Shown: positions 35,554-46,899 of the stretch, piece after piece
Position numbering within the stretch: position 1 is the first letter of the stretch
How the letters are laid out: each line of letters begins with the position of its first letter
Origin: Guillardia theta CCMP2712
Lineage: Eukaryota > Protista > Cryptophyta
Direction: 5' to 3'
Assembly: GCF_000315625.1 (NCBI RefSeq)
Contig: NW_005434529.1
Span: forward strand, 1-56,556
DNA: 56,556 nt
Translations under genes and position numbers: made by a program
Notes under the pieces: generated by a model
Seen by the model: the letters and a program-made list of their open reading frames with translations, nothing else
What the model was told of the DNA's origin: nothing
The model's database searches: none

Positions 35554-38500
35554 ATGACGATGCGGTGGAATACGGGAGGAGGAGGAGGAGGAGGAGGAGG
35601 AGGAGGAGGAGGAGGAGGAGGAGGAGGAGGAGGAGGAGGAGGAGGAGGAGGGGAAGGTATGAAGGAGAGCATAGCTCGAGCTCTTGCTGAAAAGAAGGAG
35701 GGGAATGAACATTTCAAGGAGGGCAAGGTTGAGGCAGCTCTCAAGTGCTACCAACGCGCGCTGAATGCTGTGAGCTGCGATCTGTCAAAGGCAGGAAGCG
35801 AGATGAGGCTTTCCTGTCACCTGAACGCGGCTCTGTGCCTTCTCAAACTTGAAAAACCTAAGGGAGCTCTGCAGGAGTGCAACCTTGCCCTGAGGATCGA
35901 CGGGAGGGCAACAAAGGCGCTCTTTAGGAGGTCAAAAGCGTATGTTGGGTTGGGAGAGTACAACAAGGCAAAGGAGGATGTGGATCGCCTGCTGGAGCTT
36001 GAGCCGCAAGACGAGGAAGGAAAGGAGCTTTCTTCCTTCATCTCCAACGTGCTCAAAGGATACATGAACTTCAATGACACCATTCAGCTGCTGTCGCACG
36101 GCGACCTGGTCATGGCCTCGCAGAACCTTGAGAACATCTCCAGCACCGCCAGTAGGATCGGTGCGTTCAAGGTGGCAGCGCATGCTGAGAGCTACCGCGG
36201 TATCGCCATGCAGATGCAGAACAAGCTCGAGGAGGCAGCGACTTGCCATCGACGACATGCGAAACTCGCGGAAGGCCTGGGGGACAAGAGCGAGAAGATG
36301 AGGGCCCTGAGCAACCTGGGAAGGTACTGACCCCCCCTCCTCGCTCATGATGACCCCTCATCCTCCCTCATGCTGACCCCTCCTCCTCCCTCGTGCTTCT
36401 GGTGATGTGCTTCTGTGCTAGTGTCTACCAGATGCTGGGCAAGAGTAAAGAGGCGGTCGAGTGTTACGAGCAGCAGGTGGAGGCTGTTGACGAAGAAACA
36501 AGCAAGATGGACGTCTGCTCGCTGCATGGGAACCTCGGGATCTCCTACAGGCGAGCTGCTCTAGAGCCTCTCGTGCCCTCTCCTCCTCTCCTCCTCTCCT
36601 CCTCTCCTCCTCTCCTCCTCTCCTCCTCTCCTCCTCTCCTCCTCTCCTCCTCTCCTCCTCTCCTCCTCTCCTCCCTATGCATGAAGTGATGGAAGACCGG
36701 GAAGGAAAGTGGAGGGAAGAGAGAAGAGCAAAATGGAGGGAGCGGTCGGTGGAACCAGGGGAGGGGGAGAAAGGGGAGGGAGTAAGAGGGATAGAAAGAG
36801 CAGGGGGAAGGGAGGGAGAGAGGTCACTGACGAGATGGTTGCAGAGCTTTAGGGGAGTATGAGAAATCGCTTGAAAGCTTGACCATCTCATTGCAGATTG
36901 CAATCGCATTAGGTCAGGGAGGGAGGGAGGGAGGGAGGGAGGCGAAGTAGAATTTATCTAAGTGAGCAGGGGAAAAAGAATCAGAAGCGAAAGGCTACAG
37001 TCACGTTGCCTCTACTCACTTCGAGTCCGGGGATCTACATCATGCTCTCATTGCGTTCAGGAAAAGTTTTGAGCTCTTCAAGGTTCCTCTTTTTTTCCTT
37101 CCCCCTTCCCTCCCTCTCTGTTGCCCCCTCCCTCCTCCTTATTCTTCGTCCATGTTCTCCATCCTTTTCTCCTCTCTCCCTGCCTCCTCTTCTGTTCTGC
37201 TTCCTCCTTTCCTCCCTCCCTCGTCCTCCCTCCCTCTCCTTCCTCTTCCTCCTCCTCACTTTGCCTCGCACGCAGGAGCTGGGGGACTTGGTAGCATGCG
37301 CACAAGAGAAGGAAAGAATCGCAAACGTTCTGCACCGTCAGGGAGAGATGGAGAAAGCAATCGCAGAGTTCGGCGAAGTAATGCTCTCCTTGTACTCCTC
37401 TCCTCTTACTCCTCCCCTCCTACTCGTCTCCTCTTTACTTCTCTCCTTTTACTCCTCTCCCTCTCCCTTCCCTTCTCCTTTCCCCACTCCCTGTCCCGGT
37501 TACATCTCTCTCCCTCCCTCCCTCTTTCCTCTCCCTTTTCGTCTTATTTTTGTTCTTTCAGGCTCGTGAAATCCTGAGAGGTTGTAAGTGCGAGGATGTG
37601 CAGCAGGAGATCGATCGACTTGATGGAATGATTGGGATGTAAGTCCTTCTTTCCTGTCATCGTCCCCCTCCCCTCCCCCTCTACTCTCTGCCTCCCCCTC
37701 TCTCTCCTCCTCTCCTCTCTCCTCCTCTCCTATCTCCTCCTCCTCTCTTCTTCCTGCTCTTCCTCTTGGTTTCTTCCTTGCTCTTGTCCTCTACCATATA
37801 CCTTGTGATCAAATCTTCTGTCTCTCCCTTCTTTCTTTCTTCACTCCCTCCTTCTGCTCCCTGATAATTTGCTCCGACAGCTGCCAGGCAGCCTTGGGGC
37901 AGACGGAGGAGGCGCTGCCGGTCCTGACCAAGATGGCGGAGAGGCGGGAGGAGGAGGGAGGGGAGGAGCACGCCTCTGAGCGGGTGCTGGGCATCGCCCT
38001 ACAGTCCATGGAGGCGACCCAGAGCGCGTTGCGATGTCACTCACGTCAGCTGCAAGAGTGCGTGAGGACGGAGGACGTCAGGGGGCAGGCGGAAGCGCAT
38101 GCAGACATTGGCCTCCTCCTCTCCTCCATGGGGCACTCCCTCCCTGCCGCAAGGTGCTTCCTGCAGGCCCTGGAGTGCGCGAGGAAGAGCAGGGACATCG
38201 TGCAGGAGTGCGGGGCACTGACGGGGCTGGGGATGGCGCTGCTGGAGGAGGGAGAACGAGAGGGGGGGAGGAAGACGATGGAACATGCGCTGTCGCTGCT
38301 GGAAGATGCGTTCTCTGACATGTCCATGTGCTCCGACGCTCGCGACCAGCTCCTCGAGCATGCGGCGCGTGCGCTGAAGGCCCTGCAGCTGTTCCACATC
38401 CGATACAGAGGGGGGAGGCGGGGGAAGAAAACCCAAGGGAAGGAGAAGGGGATTGAAATCAGAGATTCCAAGAGCGAGGAGGAGGCGAAAGAGGTGAAGG

Positions 38501-40571
38501 AAGTGGATGAGATAAAGGAGCACGAGGAGGAGGAGGAGAAGCAGGAAGAGGAGGAGGGATTGTCAGCAACAGAGAGGATGGAGAGTCTTCTAGTAACCGT
38601 GCAGCTACAAGCGTACGAGCAGCTGGTGGCGATGGTGGAAGGGGGGGTGATGGAGTGGAAGGAGCTGGAGGACGAGCTGGAGTTTGAGAACTTCAGCCAA
38701 GAGGATGTCAAGTTTCTTTCGAGCTGCACGGGAAAGACCATCGTTGTCATGTCCTGCCTTGACGACGAGGGGACGATCGGGACTTGGGTGATCTCTCCAT
38801 GCGAGGAGGAGGTTGTCTTCTGTAGGAACGACGGGAAGAGAAGTTTGGAGGGTCACAAGTACACATGGACCACCTTGTTGGATGACGTTGTGAACAACCT
38901 CCCCCATGCGCTGATGTCGGCCGAGGAGAAGGATGAGAGATTCTCGACATCAGGGCAAGGAAGGTTGTTTCGATGTTTGTATGACTTGTGTTGGAGACAA
39001 GTTGCTGATCAGGTACAAGACATGCCATCTCAACTCTTCAAATCTCCCTCATTGCTTCTCCTTTCAGATAGACAAAAACACGCAAGAAGTTGTTATCTCC
39101 CCTGTTGGAGTTTTGACCCTCTTCCCATGGAATCTCATGTGCGATGAGAATGGTTGCCCACTGCTCCAGAGGTTGCAAGTCGTCAAGTTCCTTACTTCTT
39201 TCCCTCCTCTCCTACTCTCCATCCCCTTTGCTCCTCCCCATCTGCTCCACGTTGACTCTCCTTTCTCCCCGTCTCTCCCATTTCTTCTTTCCTCTCCCAA
39301 ATGTTCTTCCTCCTCCTGCTCTCTTTCACCAGCACCTTGCTAACACCCTCAGCGCAGGCACGTGCTGACCCTGGAGCCTTGCTTGAAGGCCCTCAGCTTC
39401 CTCCTCCATAACCATCGCAGTGATGAGAATTCAGCCTCCTCCTCCTACCTCTCCGTCCCTGTGCCCCTGGGAAAGAGCAAGGAAGTCTCCTCCGACCCCT
39501 CGGCCCTCGTTGTCGTCAACCCCTCCAACAGACTGTCTGCTCAGCAACGGCTGGAGGACTCCTCCGACAGTGACGACGAGGAGCAGGAGGAGCGGGAGGA
39601 TGCGTCTGGTGTGCTGGCTCGTTTAGCTTGTCTACCGCCTAACTTGAGAATCATACAGGAGGAAGAAGGGAAAGGGCCCAAGCATCCAACAATCCTTCGC
39701 CTCTCCCTCCACCTTCCCCTCCCTCGCAGGTTGCAGGACATCTTGCGCGGTGTGGGTTCGCTGTGGAAGAGCTCTCGGAGGAGATGGCGAGCGTGGGTAA
39801 GAGGAAGAGAGGAGAGGAGAGGAGAGGAGAGGAGAGGAGAGGAGAGGAGAGGAGAGGAGAGGAGAGGAGAGGAGAGGAGAGGCGCGAGCTCATGTCGGGT
39901 GCTAGAGTACGTCGGCAAGGCTGCTGCCATGACTCGCTGGATCCACGTCTCAGCAGCGGTCGAGCTGGGGGGGAAAGGAGGGAGGGTGCGAGTCTTTCTG
40001 TCCGAGGGCTGCCTGTCCTCGGGGGAGAAGGACTGGGGCCAAGTCGATCCTCCCCGCCTCGTTCAAGACTTTCGAGGTGCGAGAGAGGAGAGAGCTCTGC
40101 TGTCGCCCAGCTGACTGCTGGTTCAAGATCGGCTCTTCGGCTCGTCTCTCGTCCTTGCCGGTTACGGTCACCCCGACCTGATGGAGGAGGAGCGGAGGAG
40201 TGGGACGAGGCAGCTGGAGCTGGAGCTGGAAAGGAGGCTCAAGGCAAGGGACCAGGACAGGAGGGAGGGAGGTGACGGTGCTGCTCAGGCATGGTTGGCC
40301 ATGGTCGGCTGCTTTCGGATTAAGCTCGGAGTGCGGCGGCTCATCTTTCCTGTCCTCCTCTCTCAGGAGGCCCAGGTGCTCCGTCTCATGGACTGCATGT
40401 ACAGGTAACGAGCTGTCGTTGTTTCCCGCCCTCTGACGTCTGCCCAGCAATCTGGCGCAAGGACAAGAGCTCTCAGCTGCAGCCCTGACAGGGGCCATGA
40501 AGCAAGTCGGCCAGGAGGGCAAGAGTTGGAGAGAAGTTTGCGGGGGGTTCATGTACCTGGGGAGCGAGTGA
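35554..40571 (+). CDS. TPR-repeat protein with a degenerate C-terminal CHAT domain (TTC28-like)
   Basis: Co-chaperone-type TPRs (KKEGNEHFKEG..., KALFRR) and further TPRs (LSNLG, LHGNLGISYR). CHAT-like ISPVGVLTLFPWNLMCDENGCPLLQR, ALVVVNP and WIHVS. The start may be 35554 or 35659, with (GGA)25 in between. Confidence 0.75.
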
Positions 40572-40684
40572 TCTGCAGGTAGGGTTAAGCTCAATTCATT
40601 CTTATATAACAGCTTCTTTCTGCCAGGTCGTCTGCCTATCTTCTCCTCCTTGCCCTGTGCATGTTTGTTGTATCCTTGACAATC

Positions 40685-41852
40685 TCAACCAGACTTGAAG
40701 AGGAGGATGGCGACTTGGCCCAAGTAGAAGTAGATAAAGTGCTTTGTCTCGTGCGTCACATACGATCCGAAGTTCCTACCTACAATGCAATGCCACGTGG
40801 GGTTGTATTTCTTATCGAACTCCTTCTTGATGTAGGCAGCGATATCCTTCTCGATGTTGTATTTCTCCATTGCCTGTGCAGCGCAATCGATCGCATCTTG
40901 CTGCATGTCCTCTGTGCCAAGATGTCAGAACATGGAGGGTCAGTGATCCTGTTGCGGATACATCCTAGATCGATAACCATCACAGGCTTTTGAAAACCAG
41001 TGCTCAAGTAATTTCATGACAAAAGGAAACCAGATGACCAGATAGTCATGAAATGTAACAGCATGTATCAAATCGATAGATGTGTGGCCATGATAGCTTG
41101 CAGCGAGAGGAGGGAGGGAGGTGACTTGGCCTAAACCCTAAACCCTTTGACATTTCGAACACATGCAACAACATAAACAAATAGAAACATGTCACAGTCT
41201 CAAATCATCGGCATTGTCAATCTCAACATACTCATGCTGTAAAATGGTGTACCCTACTATATCTCTGCATGAATATCACTTTGTTCGCACTATAGAACAT
41301 ATTTGAACACTTGTCTGGTTCATAAACAATTTGCACACGTGGCGAGAATTGTCTTCAATCCACCCTCGTTTCTCAACAACCTCCATAAGGACACATGTGA
41401 CATCAGATTTGAAATCTAATCATCTCACATGTCTCGTCCATCCGGATAAGAGCGTGCAGACCAAAATCAAACCGACACATCACGCAATCGCGACATCGGC
41501 AACACAACGTACTGTCAACCGAAATGCTGTCCCCCCACTTCCTTCCTCCTGTTTGATAACCAAGGACGTACGTAGGAGGATGAAGATCATAAATACATCA
41601 CACCATAGTTAAACTTGACTTCAAAGCTCTGATGCCCTATCCCTTTCCCATTCTGCCCTTTGAAATTCCCCGAGACATCACGATTCCACTTTCACGTCTC
41701 TCTGTGAATTGTGGAGAACACAGACCGAAATGCAGAATCATCTTTCCTAGCACATGTATGATGTATTTTTCATCCTCTCCATCCTGTGTGTTATTCTCTT
41801 GATTCTCACCTGACATGTCCGCATTCTTCACAACAGCCTTTCGGTCCGACAT
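40685..41852 (-). CDS. DYNLL1: Dynein light chain LC8
   Basis: Exon 1 [14 protein letters not shown], an 898-nt intron (40912-41809), then exon 2 [11 protein letters not shown]...[47 protein letters not shown]. Confidence 0.97.
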
Positions 41853-41869
41853 TCTTGCCGCGCGCCTTT

Positions 41870-42540
41870 ACTCAGTACCCTACCCCCTCATTTAAATAAT
41901 CCGCCCACCCTGTTGTTCTCGAAAGGACCCACGACCATACCACCCCACATCGTCAACTACCCCCACCCACAGAACTGATACCGGTATGTTGTCATTTGGA
42001 CCCGAACACGGGAAACATCCTACCCCAGCTTTATTCTTCAAACTACCCCTCTCTACATGAAAATCCATGGACACAACCCCTTGTATAAGCGGTGAAGTAC
42101 CCCTCCTTGGTCGTATCCATTATTCCCACTACCCGTGAGGTTGCCCCCAGAACCCTCAGACTCTATTTCGAGTACCCACCCTACTGACTATCAAGTAGCA
42201 CCCCGCAATTTGTACCCTACCCCCATGTTGTCCCATACCCTTCTTCGAGAGGGGCCTTTGAACGATGACCCACCCATTGACTAGATTAGCAGGTTGTCGG
42301 AAACCCACCCCACCTCCTTAATTTCCTACTACAGGACAATCACCCCTGAAACCCCATGTCTCTCGATATCAAAATCGAACCAGATACCAACCCCGTTGAA
42401 CTGCTGGTGTGGAGTACCCCACCATCGATCATCACCACCCCCTCTATTGTACTACCCCACCCCCATTCCAATGATCCAACGCCTTCTCCCGCCTTCTCTC
42501 GCGCCAACCGAAGACCGTTTGCTGGTCATACCGTTGCAAT
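41870..42540. promoter_or_regulatory. ACCCC-rich block between the divergent LC8 and ankyrin-PDZ genes
   Basis: Many TACCCC/ACCCC words, strongly biased to the + strand. Confidence 0.45.
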
Positions 42541-42790
42541 CCGTTACAACTTTCAAGCTGTCACTGAGATGTCCGGGCCCGGCATCACAACCCGGGCCCG
42601 TCTCACAACCGAGTCCACCTCGGCGTGCTCCAGAGTCATTTTACGGCTCCGGCAGTTACGAGTTAACTGTCGCAACTGCACAACGGTCCGTTGCACCACG
42701 GCCGCCGGGTATGCAGGCAAGGGGGGCCGCGGGAATGCAGCGGCTGTGAGGGAGGTGGGAGGAGGCTCGGGTACAGAAGGAGGAGCGACG

Positions 42791-45700
42791 ATGAGGAAGC
42801 TCCTCTTCACTCTTCTCTTCCTTCTCTTCTTCGTTGCTCCCTCTCCTTTCTGTTGTGCCCTTGGTGGCACAGCTATCCAGAGGACCCCTGCTGCACAGCC
42901 CTTGTCCTCAAGTACAGGTCACCCGGAGCGTCTGACAAGTTCATCTGCCTCCTCTCATGTACTGACCGACAGAGGAGAAGGTTCATCTCCCTTGAATACT
43001 TGCGCTCTCCGTTCCTTGCGCTGCCTTAATGACCCACTCCCAGCTCGGGAGGGGGAGGGGGAAGGGGATCCTGTAGTGCCGAGGTGTCATGGGACGGGAG
43101 TGCAGCGACTTCGAGGAGGAAGAGGGTTAGGGGATCTAGCAAAGACGCCTATTTTGAGTACGATCCAGAAGCTGAACGTGTTTGGGAAGCATCACGATGA
43201 CTGCTGGGACTGCGACGGGGAAGGGTGCCTAATGTTCGAAGAGAACATGTATGAAGAGCGAGTGATGAAGACTTTGGAGTTCATGGAGGCGCATGACGAC
43301 CGTTCGTCCACGGAGCTCGTGCAGAAGCTGAAGAATGAGGTCTCTCCTGTCTCCAAGGGCCTCCGCATCTTCACCGATTGCTTCCGGCCCGGCGACGCCT
43401 CTTCGAAGCACGAAGGATGGGTACACGTTCTGCTCAAGGCAGCGGAGAGAGGGTACGACAGCACAGTGAGGGAGCTGATCAACCTCGGGCTCAGCGTCAA
43501 CAGCCAAGGACGGCACGGACAGACCCCCCTGCATGTCGCCGCCGCCTTCGGCAGACTCACCGTCCTCAACTCTCTCTGTGACCTCGGCGCCGATGTGAAC
43601 GCGGTGGACATGCTCGGCTGGACTCCTCTCCATCAGGCGTCCTTCTTCGGGCAGGCAACTGCATGCTTCCTCCTCGTCGAGCGATGGGACGCGCAGGTGG
43701 ACAAGGTGAACGCGCAGGATCAGACGGCAGCCGACCTGGCGGACTTGACCTTCTACAAGCCCATGGACTTCAACAACCAGCAGGGATACGATGAGGTGAA
43801 CGCTGCGTCTACTTGCTCTGTATTTGTTCTCGTGCTCCTGCTCCTTTTTCCTTCCTCCCTCCCTCCGCTTCTCTTTCTCGTCCTCCTCGTGCTGTCAGTT
43901 CTTATCTGCACCTAAACCCTCAACCCCCCCCTCCCCTCTCTGTCCCTTCTGCTGACCTCGCTCTTCAGTTCGATCGCAACTACTCCGAGGTCAGCGAGGA
44001 CCAGAACGCGCAGCAGGTGGAGACGTTCGACATCGCAGGCTACCTGCGAGGCTTCCTCCCCATCGACATGCAGGAGAGAAGCAAGTTCGATGCGCAGAGA
44101 AACGCGTCCCTGCCGCGGCTGCTCAAGAAGATGTCGAAGTTTGCCAAGAAGGCGAAGAAACTAGCGGAGGAGGAGAGGAAACGGAAGCAGGAAGGAGAGA
44201 AGGCAGGCGGCGCAGGGGCGGGCATGGACTTCTTCAGCAGGAGGGGAGACTCTGCGTCTGGGTCGCCGATGCCGTTCTCACTGCAGGAGATGACAGAGAG
44301 GAGCAAGCTAGCCTGGGACAGCAGAGCAGAGCTGACGAAGGAGGAGGAGGAGAGGCAGCGATCGGTATCCATGGACATGTTCGGCAAGTCGGAGGTCTCT
44401 TTCCCAATAGACTCCGAGGAGATGTCTGCGTTGAGAAGGACGTTGGGGTACGACAGGCTAAAGGACAGTGTCAACGACGAGCTAGGCTCCACCACCATGT
44501 ATGACGACCTGCAAGACCGTAGCTGGGACCTGGATCAGCTGGAAAGGCAGAGACTGGGAGGGGAGGAGGGGAGAGGGGGGGACGAAGAGCTCGTCAGTCA
44601 CGACTGGAACAACCCAGCTAGCAACCTTGACAGCAACCTGACGATGGACCAGCCGCCCTACCTGCCCCAGCAGAACCCCAGCAGGGAAGTCTCGCCCCAG
44701 AAGCAAGTTGAGAAGCAGGAGGCAGACTCCGAGCGCCAGGAAGACAAAGACGCGTCCCAGCAGGACGTCAGCAACAAGTCAGGAACCTCCTCCCCCCGCG
44801 CCTCCTCTCCTGCCAAGGGGGAGATAAGCGAGAGGAGGACGGAGGACTCGGAGACAGGAACAAAGATGTGCGGGGTTGGGATCACCCTCAACATGAACTC
44901 ACAAGGCTTGTACTACGTGAAATCCCTCGCAGCAGGAGGAAGCGCTGAGAAAGATGGCTCGGTCTCAGCTGGGGACATCCTGACTGAGGTGCTTTCCCCT
45001 TCACATTTCTGCACTCACTCGTCATCTTGGCCCCTCTGACCCCACATATTCGTCTGGCCCTCCTCCTCCTCCTCCTCTCCTCTCCCCTCCCCTCCCCTCC
45101 CATCCCACCCCCTCTCTCCCCTCCTCTCCGACTTTCTTTCTCTCACCTTCCTCTTTGTTCGCTCTCCTTGGCATCTCATGATGTGCATTAGGTGGACAAC
45201 AAGCAGCTCAGTGGCGCCACCTATGCCGATCTCGTGGCCATGATCCTCGGACCTCCCGGGAGCTCCGTCCGCTTCTCTCTTAGGAGGTGATGAATCTCCC
45301 ACCTTTCTCCTGTCAGCTCCTCCCTCCCTCCTCCTTCTTCTTTCCTTCCTTCCTTCCTTCCTTTCTTCCTCCTCCTCTTCCTCCTCCTCCTCCTCCTCCT
45401 CCTCCTCCCTCTTCCCGTCTAACTGTAGCCTGCTTCCTCGCTTCTCACGACAAGGACGGCAGGGGGTCGCACGCTTTCCAAGTTGAGCTCATTCGCATGC
45501 CGCTGGGGGAAAGAGAGTCCAAGGCAGTCTACGACGGCATCACGCGCGAGCAGGCAAACCTAAGAAAGATGCTGCTTGCTCAGCAGCGACTCCAGGTACC
45601 CTTCTCCTCTCCCCTCCTCTCCTCTCCTCTCCCCTCCTCCTCCATCAGCACCTCCTCCTTCCCTTCCCCTCCACCACCACCACCTCCTCCTCCCTCCCTC

Positions 45701-46151
45701 CTTACTTCCTCCTCCTCCTCCTCCCCTCCTCCTCCTCTCCTTCAGACTCCCCACAGCCCCACGAGTCTACTCACGAGATCCCACAGGTAGAGAAGCAGGC
45801 GATGGCCGACGAAATTGCGCAGCTCAGGAAGCGTGTGGAGAGGTAGCTGCTGCTCCTGCTCCCTCACTTGTCGCCCCTTGCTTTCTTCCTCCTTTCCCTC
45901 ACACCCTTCTCCTTACATGCCGCCTCCCTCTTCCCCTTACCTCCTCCCCTTCTCCTCATCCTCCTGACTCGCCCCGTGGCAGCGCGGAGAACGAGGCTCG
46001 AGTGTGGAAGGCGATCTCGCAGCAGAACTCGCGGGCTAACAGTCAGTTTGTGAGCTCAGCTAGTCAGGAGGGAGACGACGAGCTCGGGATCCGCCAGGTG
46101 CACGACCTTGACGCGAAGCTAGCAGAGAAGAGCCTGGAGGGAGATGACTAG
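42791..46151 (+). CDS. Signal-peptide/RLRGG-presequence protein with ankyrin repeats, PDZ domain and coiled-coil
   Basis: Signal peptide MRKLLFTLLFLLFFVAPSPFCCA, then QRLRGG. Ankyrin repeats GQTPLHVAAAFG and GWTPLHQAS. PDZ CGVGITL...VKSLAAGGSAEKDG..AGDILTE|VD...ILGPPGSSV. Confidence 0.82.
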
Positions 46152-46899
46152 GAGGGAGGGAAGGAGGGGAAGGGGATGAGGAGGAAGATTGTGAGTGGTG
46201 ATAAAGGAAACGACATTCCTTGTAAAGAATAAACCGTAATCTCATAGCTTCTTGTGCGCCTGTACAAACTCCTGGACACCCGGCAGTTGTTCGATATGTT
46301 TCATCAATCGCATACTGGTCGTGAACGCGTCCTGCTCTTGTCATCCATACAGCTCCATCTTCATCTTCGCCATGAGCCTGCAGATGTTTCTTCTCTCTCC
46401 CCCCCCCCACCCCCCCGCTGCTTCTCTTCCTCCGCGCTCGGGCACCAGGCGCTAGTCCCACATGGAGTAGCTCAGCGTCGCCATGGATACAGCGCCGGGT
46501 ATCACAACTAGTCCAAAATAATTCACTTTTATATCAAATTATTTTCGAAATATGATCACAACATTTCAAAAATAAAAAGGGTTTGTCATGAGCCCTCGAA
46601 GTCAGGAGGCGGTTTCTTGCCGCTTGTTTCCACGGACAAGGCTGGCCCGACAATGGGGCTCAGCGGCTTGTAGCAGGGTGAGGACGAACAGGAGGAGAGA
46701 GGAGGAGGAGGAGGAGAGAGGAGGTGAACTGAGACGGACTCAGATAGTTTGACGTGCCGCTACTGTCATAGAAGCTACAGGTAACAAGTCATCAAACCAG
46801 TCTGTTAGCCGCCTTGATCCAGGTTCGAACTGAACTCGCTGTTTTCAAACCTGCACAACAAGTAGAGGGAAAGCATCCTCTCATAACCAGCTGCACTCA

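Noticed and set aside
42356-42790. N-terminal extension of the 519-aa ORF
   Set aside because: It runs through the ACCCC and palindromic intergenic blocks. The signal peptide indicates the real start is at 42791.
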